DNA from: the human T2T-CHM13v2.0 reference genome, Homo sapiens
DNA length: 64,000 nucleotides
Strand: one strand, 5' to 3'
NCBI RefSeq assembly: GCF_009914755.1
Contig: NC_060928.1
Shown: piece by piece, positions 52,665-64,000 of the stretch
Layout of the letters: the number at the start of each line of letters is the position of its first letter
How positions within the stretch are numbered: the stretch's first letter is position 1
The notes under the pieces: model-generated
The model's database searches: none
What the model was told of the DNA's origin: nothing
What the model saw: the letters and a program-made list of their open reading frames with translations, nothing else
Position numbers and translations under genes: made by a program

Positions 52665-53622
52665 TGTATTCATTTCTTACTGCTGCTGTACCAAATTACC
52701 ACAAACTTAGCAGCTTAAGACAACAAAAATGTATTATCTTAAAGTTCTAGAGGCCAGAAGTCAAAATGAGTATCCCCAGACCCATTAATGCGGGGGTCCC
52801 CAACCCCTCTGCCATGGACCAGTACCAGTCTATGGCCTGTTAGGAACTGGGCCACAGGGCAGGAAGCAAGCAAGAATTTCTGCCTGAGCTCTGCCTACTG
52901 TCAGATAAGCATCCACATTAGATCCTCATAGGAGCTTGAACCCTATTGTGAACCGCACATGGGAGGGATCTAGGCTTTGTGTTCCTTATGAGAATCTAAT
53001 GTCTGATGATCTGTCACTGTCTCCCATCACCCCCAGATGGGACCATCTAGTTGCAGGAAAACCAGCTCAGGGCTCCCACTGATTCTACATTATGGTGAGT
53101 TGTATAATTATTATATATTATAATGTAATAATAATATAAATAAAGTACACGATAAATGTAATATGTTTGAATGATCCTGAAACCAGCCCTCTGCACCTGG
53201 TCCATGGAAAAATTGTCTTCCATGAGACCAGCCCCTGGTGCCAAAAAGGTTGGGGACCGCTGCATTAAGGTGTTTGCCAGGCTACATTCCCTTTCGATGC
53301 TCTAGGAGAGAATCCCTTTCCTTGCCTTTCGCAGCTTCCTGAGGTCACTTGCATTCCTTGGCTTGTCGTCCTTTCCTCCAATAGTGTAGCATTTAAAAAT
53401 CTCTTTCTGACTGGTTTCCTCATCTACCTCCCTCTTCTACTTTAAAGGACTTTTATGATGACACTGGGTACACCAGGATAATCCAGAATAATCTCCCTAT
53501 GTCAAGTTGACTCACAACCTTAATACTCCTTTGCCATGGAAATGTGACATATTTGCAGGTTCCAGGGATTACGATGTGGACATCTTTGTGCGGAGGGGGA
53601 TAGCATCATTCTGCCTAACGCA
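52665..53622 (-). mobile_element. MLT1 (MaLR LTR), split by MER1
   Basis: tgtattcatttcttactgctgctgtaccaaattaccacaaacttag...attctgcctaacgca. Confidence 0.8.
52791..53262 (+). mobile_element. MER1 (MER1A-like, hAT-Charlie) inserted in an MLT1
   Basis: TIRs cgggggtccccaacc / ggttggggaccgctg; 8-bp TSD cattaatg/cattaagg. Confidence 0.9.
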
Positions 53623-54606
53623 CCCTATCTGAACTCTCAGACTATCCGTCTATAGCACTCACTTCACACTAAGCATGACAGGGTGCACTGCTGTTTATAA
53701 GGTTTTGAGCATGTGTCTGTCCCCTTTATCTAAGCAGCGTCTGATGTAGGCAGGGTCTCTGTGTTAGACTCTGCTTCACAGTCAGTACTCTGTAATGTTT
53801 GTTCATAATGGTACTATCCAATGCCCTCCCATTTTCTTTTCTGCCCTGCATCCTTTATGCTGTAGTTGGTTCATGGATATATCTAATATTGCTGCAAAAT
53901 GATGTGTCTTAAGAATTCCCATACTTTTTTTTGACTTTTTATAAATACAATAGTGATTTTGGTGTCAACTTTCTCCTAAAACAATTCACATTTGGTCTAT
54001 TCTTCTGCTCAACATAGTCTTCTCCAAAACAAAAAACGCACAGGAAAAAACTACAGCACATTTGAACTGGAAGAGAAACCAGCTATTTGGTGACAGGCTG
54101 CTAATTCTTTTTAATAGTTCTTCTTCGAAATGGTTCAAATGAATCATTCTGATTGTTGAATTCAACTGACTATTGAATCAGGCTTTTAATGATTTGGGGT
54201 TCTTATGTTAGTTGTTTCAGAGATGAAATCAAAGCCACCATCTGTATTGCCCCTTTTCACTGCAGGGTGAATTTGGTAGAGACTTTAGGAAAATGAACAT
54301 TTAATCAGTGTCACTTGGGTCCTGGGAAGTAAGGCAGGGAGGGGAGCGGCAAGGGAAGCTGGCTTAGAGAAAGGGGGTCATCAACCCTTCCTGCTGCTCC
54401 CTCCTTAAGCTCCCTAATGATTCTCTTGCCTTAATAGTTACTTTCATACCTCTTTTTGTTATAAAATATTTTTCAGCAAGCAAAATTTGTGATTTAAGGA
54501 GGTATAAAAAGACCTTTTAGTTCCCTGACTATCAAATGCAAAATATTGGGCCATTCCTAAAGGTTTTTCTTTCCTTTTTTGGTTTTTGTTTTCTTTCCAA
54601 GTTTGT

Positions 54607-55172
<566 letters not shown>

Positions 55173-55373
55173 GGGTTTTTAATAAAGGTCATAAATTTAA
55201 CCTGGAATAAGATATGCTATAAGCAAGGCAATCTGAGAAAGTGACCTAATAACAGATTGCTTTCAGTGTTTCCCAAATTACAATAACCTCTCAAAATCCT
55301 GCAATTAAAAAAATTTATTTAACTTTGTTTAACACATTCTCCTAACTAATCTGAGGATAAAACATTTCTTACA

Positions 55374-55682
<309 letters not shown>

Positions 55683-55943
55683 TCAATTTGGATCAGACTT
55701 GGTATCTGGTACCTAAGCAAAGACAATGTTATCTCATTATCACCATCCACTCTCCCAGGAAACCAAAGTCCCTTATACAGAGCTTAGTCTTAGTCATCTC
55801 CGTGTCCAGCACCAGGCCTGACCCATAGCTACCACTTCTCAAATGAACTGAACTCCAACTGCTATAGGGCCAGGCACAGGCTCCAAGTGCCAAAGCCAGT
55901 GGGACGCAATGATAAATCAGTCTCCCCTCCAATCCAATCAGGT

Positions 55944-57146
55944 TGAGAGATGACAACGTGCTAGCAGCCCTCGTTCACTCTTGGTGCCTCCTCGGCCTCG
56001 GCGTCCGCTCTGGCCGCGCTGGAGGAGCCCTTCAGCCTGCCGCTGCGCTGTGGGGGCCCCTCTCTGGGGCTGGCCGAGGCCAGAGCCGGCTCCCTCAGCT
56101 CGTGGAGAGGTGCAAGCGGGAGCCGGGGCTGCGCCCGGGGCTTGCGGGCTGGCGGGGGTTCCAGGTGTGCGTGGGTTCCGCGGGCCCCGCACTTGGCACA
56201 GCTGGCTGGCACCTGCTGGGCTTGATTGGGGGATGAGCTCCCTCTGGGCTGCCGGAGTGCCCGGGCTAGGTGCTGCAAAGTCCCACCGCGAGGGCCATTG
56301 AGAGGTGAAGCCAGCTGGGCTTCTGGGTCGGGTGGGGACTTGGAGAACTTTTCTGTCTAGCTAAAGGATTGTAAATGCACCAATCAGCACTCTGTGTCTA
56401 GCTAAAGGATTGTAAACGCACCAATCAGCACTCTGCGTCTAGCTAAAGGGTTGTAAATGCACCAATCAGCGCTCTGTGTCTAGCTAATCTGGTGGGGACT
56501 TGGAGAACTTTTGTGTCTAGCTAAAGGATTGTAAATGCACCAATCAGCACTCTGTGTCTAGCTAAAGGTTTTGTAAATGTACCAATCAGCTCTCTGTGTC
56601 TAGCTAATCAGGTGGGGACTTGGAGAACTTTTGTGTCTAGCTAAAGGATTGTAAATGGCCAATCGGCACTCTGTGTCTAGCTAAAGGTTTGTAAATGCAC
56701 CAATCAACAATCTGTCAAAATGGACCAATCAGCTGTCTGTAAAACGGACTAATCAGCTCTCTGTAAAATGGACCAATCAGCTCTCTGTAAAATGGACCAA
56801 TCAGCAGCATGTGGGTGGGGCCAGATAAGGGAATAAAAGCAGGCCACCCAAGCCAGCAGCAGCAACATGCTGAAGTCCCCTTCCATACTGTGGAAGCTTT
56901 GTTCTTTCACTCTTCACGATAAACCTTGCTGCTGCTCACCCTTTGGGTCTGTGTTGCCTTTATGAGCTGTAACATGCACCGCGAAAGTCTGCAGCTTCAC
57001 TCCTGAAGCCAGCGAGACCACGAACCCAGCGGAAGGAATGAACAACTCTGGACACGCCGCCTTTAAGAGCTGTAACACTCACCGCGAGGGTCTGTGGCTT
57101 CATTCTTGAAGTCAGCAAGACCAAGAACCCGCCAATTTCGGACATA
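55944..57146 (+). mobile_element. Solo LTR12 (ERV9 LTR, LTR12C/D/E-like)
   Basis: Begins tgagagatgacaacgtgctagcag, CpG-rich U3, tandem CCAAT repeats, ends ccaatttcggacata; 4-bp TSD AGGT on both sides. Confidence 0.95.
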
Positions 57147-57369
57147 AGGTCACAAACCTTTTAAGATCTTTTAAGATTATATTTTTTCTTTAATTCTATC
57201 ACTTATATATCTTTGATTTTGCATTGCTTAGGTTAATTTGTACATCTCAGAATAACAGCTTACATAAAGAAGGTCAGCACCAATTGCTTACCATCTCCAG
57301 GTGTCTACTACTGGGGTGTGCCTGCAGTGGAAAATCAATAAATATTTCAGTATGACAATCTAGGTAGAT

Positions 57370-57600
57370 GTTAAAAGCAGGAACTCTAGGTCAGACAGGC
57401 CTTGTTTTGAGTTCTTCACTACTTATTACCTGAAGGACCACAACAAACTGACGTCTCTAAGCTTCAGTGTCCACATCTGTAAAATGGGGAATAATAGCAA
57501 TACTCATCTCATCAAACAGAATGAGGATTAAATGAATAAAGGTACACAAAGGGTAGTATATTTGCTATGAGTAAGTGCTCAATAAACATCTACTATTATG
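57370..57600 (+). mobile_element. MIR
   Basis: MIR core: ctaagcttcagtgtccacatctgtaaaatggggaataatag. Confidence 0.7.
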
Positions 57601-59854
57601 ATAATAGTATCAGGAATACAGAATATTTAGCAAGTTCATAATATTGTGGGCAGAATTACCTAAAGGGTAATTATCCTTTGTCGAACAGGGATTTCTTAAT
57701 CTGCAGGATTTTTCTTTTTTATTACTGGTCAAGAGGACAGCAATGTACTAATAAATAATTTCTAAACCTTCCCTTATTCAACGGTTCAGCCTATTTTTCC
57801 TTTTCTTTCTCTTCCCAGCCCTTCTGAACCAGGGGCTATAATGAAAATTAATAAATCTGATTTTCATTTTCCCACTGTAGCCTCTGGCAGAAGTAATAAA
57901 TAAGCCCTAAAAGTAAGCAGAAGAGGGAGAAAGAGAGCTAAAAGGCAGACAGATAAACTGTGCCAACCAGGGATCACCATCCCTTCCATTCTCCCTAATG
58001 TCTTCCCTCATTCCTAGTTCATCATGTGGGTTTTAGTCCTCACTGTCATTTTCTAAGACTTAAGAGAAGAGTCCCCAAATGAATTTTCTGAGTAGGATGA
58101 AAGAGTGGCATAAAGAAAGGAACTAGATAGATTAAATGTAAATTTTTTTATCTATTTATGAAATTACTGGAATCTCCCATATTTCAGGATAGTATGGAAT
58201 TCTTAGACAAGAATACAGAAAACAAAAATTAAAATTATGATTTCAGGTGCCAAAGGACGGATAACATCTCTACACATTGGTTTTCAGCTGTTAAGGGTAA
58301 AAATAAAGATTTTATTTTCTTTAAAGGGCAAAAGGCCCACTTTTTATTGTCTTCTCTTCCATTAGTTTTGTTTGTGCCACAGAACTCATAAAGTTATACC
58401 TTTGTGTAGCTGACCCTGCAAAATGAACAAATATCAGAAACTGCTGTAACCAAAAGACTCCTTCACGGGCTCCAAAGACCAGGCACCTCCCTCTGGTATA
58501 AGAACACTCAGCTCTGGCAACATTTTCTGCTTGGATGAGGATTCTTCCGATCTGTGACTTCTAACTGAGATTTTTATCCACAGTGGGGCAGTCTTGGTCT
58601 CTAATGTAGAATTATCACTCTACATTAGAGTGAAAAAAAAATCTTTTTCTTCCAATCAAGAAGAGGTAAAGCCACAGCCAGGCCTTGACAAACTACCTGA
58701 GGATAGGGAATGTATTCTCTGTACAACACAACGTCTGTTGCAAATTCAAGCCCACCCCTGTCCTTCCTCTCCACTTCATTAACTTCCATCCAGACAACAC
58801 TTTCAAAATGATACAGAAATACAAACAAAGAGAATGTTCAATTGTTTCATTCTATTACTCACTGTGTAGAATGCTTCTAAAGTAAGTGCCCAATTCTGAT
58901 TTTTCACAGTTCTAAAGATTCACAGAATTCTTGAGTGAGAAGAGACACCTGGAGACATCTGTCACCTTTACTTTGAAGCCTTATTTGATCTTCCACAGGC
59001 AGAAATAATGCCCTCCACCTCGACATCTATATATTCAGTGCTTAGCACCTATGGGCACTTACCACATTTTGACTCACATTATAATCCTCTTTATGTCTTA
59101 TTGCTTCCACTACGATAAGGTTCTTTAAGACAGAGCCTTTATATCCCTTGAAATGCCTGGCAGAGCACCTTACACAAAATAGGTACAACATAAGTGTCTG
59201 TTGTCGAATATACTGGTATGAGTCCTCTCCACACCTCTGCAAGCTGGAGATCAGCTGAGCTAAAAAGCCTCTGTGTTGTTTTTGTTTTTTTTTAGGGGTG
59301 GATGCTATTAATTCATAGAGAAGAAGTATTGTGCTTACCACAAGGCTTCAAAAATTTTTTATTTGGAAAGAATGCATTTTGAAGTGCTACTTCAGAATTG
59401 CAGAATTACTAAAAACATAATATTCATGTAATGAAAAATGTACTGTTTTGGGAGGGGTGGGAAGCAATGCAATTACGACGACGAAGCATAGGAAGCTACA
59501 CAAAGGATTCCCTTCTGTGGAACAGACATAGATAAATGTAATCTAAAAAATATGTTGACAGAATTTTAAAGAACACAAGTCAAAAACACAGAGATAGAAG
59601 ACATAAAAATTAAGAGCCAAGAAAAACAGATTCAAGAGGTCCATATCATTCATTCTTTTATACTTCTCCTGAAATGCTAATTCAGCATAAAATTAGATAA
59701 TAGAGCTAATAGAGGGGGTAACATGTTCAAAGGTATGGCAGCTGAAAAGTTATAAATATGAAATAAGGTACCCTGAGACTTTAGTGGATAAATGACCAGG
59801 AGGAGATTTATCTGTAGAACACGCTCTAAAATTCTGCTATGGAAAAAACTCTTG

Positions 59855-60313
<459 letters not shown>

Positions 60314-60889
60314 TCACTACGTGTTTCATAAGCAGAAGGTACTGCACATGAGGCTTAATTTCTCAGTCTCACCATTGACCAGATGTCACCAAAGCATGAG
60401 CAATATAATTTGTATATATTTAATTTTAAGAAGTTACTAAGAATACACAATAAGATACCACTTCACACCCACTAGGATGGGTATAATGAAAAAGACAGAT
60501 TAATATTAATAACAAATGTTGGCAAAGATGTTGAGAAATCAGAATCCTCATACGCTGCTGGTAGGAATGTAAAATGGTACAGTTGCTTTGGAAAACAGTC
60601 CAGCAATTATCAGAAGGTTAAACATGGAATTATTATACGACTCAGAAATTCTACTCAGGTTTATATCAAAGAGAAATACAAACATGTCTACACAAAATCC
60701 TGTACACAAATATTCATAGTAGCATTATTTGTAATAGCCAAAAAGTGAAACAACTCCAAAATCCATCAACCGGTGATGGATAAAATGTGGTACAGCCATA
60801 CAATGGAATGTAATTTAGCAAGAAAAAGGAACGAAGTACTGGTCCATGCCACACATGATAACTCTTGAAAACATTAAGTAAAAGAAGCC

Positions 60890-61180
<291 letters not shown>

Positions 61181-61419
61181 TAAATAAGTAAGCAAGCAAG
61201 CTAGTCACAAGAGACCACATGTCACATAATTTCATTTATATGAAATGTCTAGAATAAATAGGTCTATTTATAAAGACAGAAAGTATTATAAATTAGTGGT
61301 TGTCTAGAGTTGAAGGAGTGAAGGCTAAAACGTTCGGGTTTCTTTATGGATTATGAAAATGTTCTAAAATTGATTATAGTGATGACTGCACAACTCTGTG
61401 AATACACTAAAAACCACTT

Positions 61420-61565
61420 TATTTATTTATTTATTTATCTAATTTATTTATTTAAGACAGGGACTATGTTGCCCAGGCTGGTCTTGAACTCCTGGGCTCA
61501 AGTGATCCGCCCAACTTGGCCTCCCAAAGTGTTAGGATTACAGGTGCAAGCCACTGTGCCCAGCT
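61420..61565 (-). mobile_element. Alu monomer (FLAM-like)
   Basis: Single left arm. Confidence 0.8.
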
Positions 61566-61781
61566 AAATTGTACACTTTAAATGGGTGAACTCTATGGTA
61601 TATGAATTATATCTAATAAAGCTGTTACCAAAAAAAGAATAACCCTGATTAAATGAGTGAATGGTTGAGCTGTTCATTTTAATACTTATAGAAGTATAAG
61701 ACTATATGAATGAGAACTCTTAAGTATGTTTTCAATGGATACAATTTGGTATGATATTAAAAATTTTAAAGTTCATATTTT

Positions 61782-62070
61782 GGCCAGTGTCCGTGGCTCA
61801 TGCCTGTAATCCCAGCATTTTGGGAGGCTGCGGTGTGAGGATTGCTTGAACCCAGGAGTTTGAGACCAGCCTGGGCAACAAATGAGACCCTGTCTCTACA
61901 AAAAACAAAAAATTTGGCAGGCATGGTGGTGCAAGCCTGCAGTCTCAGCAACTCAAGAGGCTGAGGCAGGAGAATTGCTTGAGCTTGGGAGGTCAAGGCT
62001 CCAGTGGAGCATACCACTGCACTCCAGCCTGGGCAACAGAGTGAGACCCTGTCTCAAAACAAAAAAAAAA
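61782..62070 (+). mobile_element. Alu (AluJ-like)
   Basis: Alu dimer. Confidence 0.9.
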
Positions 62071-64000
62071 GGTTTGTATTTTCAGTTAACAACATTCTAG
62101 AAGTGGATTTCTGGTTCTTTATGAAAATGACTTACAAATTTCATATACTGGCTTGGCCAACAAGATCTATGCCAAACTGAAAAGTAATGGTAATAATTAG
62201 ACCTGTGTTTATTGACTTCCATTCTGTGGGCCATATGCATCAACTCTAATCCTCACTGTCCTACAATGAGTCCTATTTTAGAATGTGGAAACTGAAGTTC
62301 TTAGGGGATAAATAACATGCGCAGAGTCACAAAACCAGCAAAGGGCAGAGCTGAGACTGGAACCTGGCTCAGCCTGACTGCAGTCCCATGATCCAGGTGG
62401 CTTTTCAGGCAACACATTCCTGACATATCTTTAAAAAACAGGTAGCGAAAGAAAGTAAAAGCATCACATTTTTATTAATAAGTAGGAGTTTTGCTTGTAA
62501 AAAGGAAAAACTGAAATGGAATGAAAAGGAGAAAGTATATTTAGAAGCACAGCTTTTATATGACTTTATATAATTCTTTATACCCTTGGGTGACAGTTGA
62601 TTAGGAAATTAATGATAATATTCTAAGACATAAAGCATCTGGTTATGAGAGCTTCACTAATAGAGGGGTTATATTTAACAAGGGATATAAGATTCTAAAC
62701 CTCTAAATATGATACATGGGAAATAAAAAAGATAAATGATCTTTCAATAAAAACCTGTAAGAAAATCTCCCAGATATACATAGGAAGCTGAACATAGATT
62801 TGGCATTGATAGTACAACCAAGCTGTATGAATCAAGAGGGAAAAGAGAATATGCAGAAGAAATTTCCCAATAACAACTCCAGGTGACAGGTGCACTGATA
62901 ATTCTATGAGGTAATTAATTCTATTAGAAAAATTGCAAAAAGATTTACAGAGAAGAGAACATTCCCAAACTTTTCTTCCATTTCCCTAGAAACAAATAGC
63001 ACAATAAAAAAGAAAGACCTATCCCTGGTTATCTGTCCTCAGTCTTTATGATGCTAATCAGCTTGGAGCAAATAGAGCTGCAATAAAGAATCTGTATACT
63101 TCCTAAGTAATCTGTGTCCAACTATTTGTAAGAAAAATCATTTAATATCTAAATTGAGAGTACTCTGTTATGAGCAATAAAAAGTATAATAAACAACAAA
63201 TGAAAATTTAAGCCTTTATACTATAAAATGAAAAAGAAATGTCACTTGCTTTCTATTTCCCTCTGTAAATACCATTAAGATGTGGTAGTGAAATTGTATA
63301 AGTTGTTGGCATGGGCCCTCAAAACAAAATGAGAGGGAATGTAAGTGATCCCTGTCTCTTACATGTCAGGATGTCACTGACAATATGGAAGTTCTTAGCT
63401 GTTTTAAGTGTTTATATTATGTTGCCTAGTGGCAGAAATTAAGTCCTATATGGACAAGAGATTAAGCAAGATAATGGGTATGAGGGTCCTTCATAACACA
63501 AATGGCTAATTATTAGTGCTATTATTTTGAAAACTGAAACAGACCATGAGACACTAGATCTGTATCATATGTCTCCAGGGCTATACCGTAAGTCAAAGCA
63601 TTACAACTGTTGGGAGAAAAGCTGGACATTCCAAAAAAACTACTTATTTTTGAGTATTGAGGAAAATTGCTATTCTTGGATATAAGCTCAGAGAAGACTG
63701 AGTACTGCAGTTTGAGAATTGCTGCTAAAAAGGAGACAAACCATCAACAGAGATTTTCAAACTCTTGCTAGACCAAGAACTGAACAAGGAGTACATCTCC
63801 AAATATCATGCCTTCTTCAAAGAGTAAAAAATTCCGTGGACCTTGAAGACTCACTGTGGAATTTCCAGAGCCTTATGTACATTTGTTCAAAGCATTATCA
63901 GGTGTTGATTGGAAGGGAGGCTGAGTTATTTCTGTGACTTGATCAAACAGTTGGCTATTAGCCCCTGAATTTAATAACTAGGGAATAAAAGTTTATTTGA

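Noticed and set aside
56340-56810. Regular direct repeats superficially like a CRISPR array
   Set aside because: No unique spacers and no cas genes; these are the known LTR12 U3 CCAAT repeats
57292-57321. 30-nt minus-strand pseudo-exon (ccactgcag|...GATG|gtaagc)
   Set aside because: Modest polypyrimidine tract, sits in an L2-like 3' end remnant, and has an in-frame stop; such pseudo-exons are common in long introns

Overview
Human-type (hominid) genomic DNA, almost entirely intronic and rich in repeats. Two coding micro-exons on the minus strand (45919-45958, 40 nt; 7296-7336, 41 nt) splice in frame to give DRNERNKPEHRSSSQGPLSSIRAVIKR. I recognise this from memory as the N-terminal region of the long isoform of SH3D19 (EBP/Eve-1, chr4q31). 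A probable internal non-coding first exon/promoter lies at about 47632-47900. The rest is about 40 Alus, a 5'-truncated SVA in sense orientation, a THE1 provirus remnant, a solo LTR12, Tigger1, MER1/MER63/MER20/MER5/MER58/Tigger4 DNA transposons, MLT/MST/MER31 LTRs and L1/MIR fragments. Nearly all ORFs in the supplied track are repeat-derived or chance. I see no convincing new multi-gene system. The best leads are: (i) a candidate 41-nt cassette micro-exon (1561-1601) that frameshifts the long isoform but supplies an in-frame ATG; (ii) a templated insertion inside an L1 that preserves the pre-AluY state of a nearby locus; (iii) a 25-nt poly(A)-tailed, TSD-flanked micro-retroinsertion; (iv) a set of local duplications at 25-30 kb; (v) an in-phase candidate poison exon at 22963-23224. 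Repeat subfamily calls are by eye and their boundaries are approximate.
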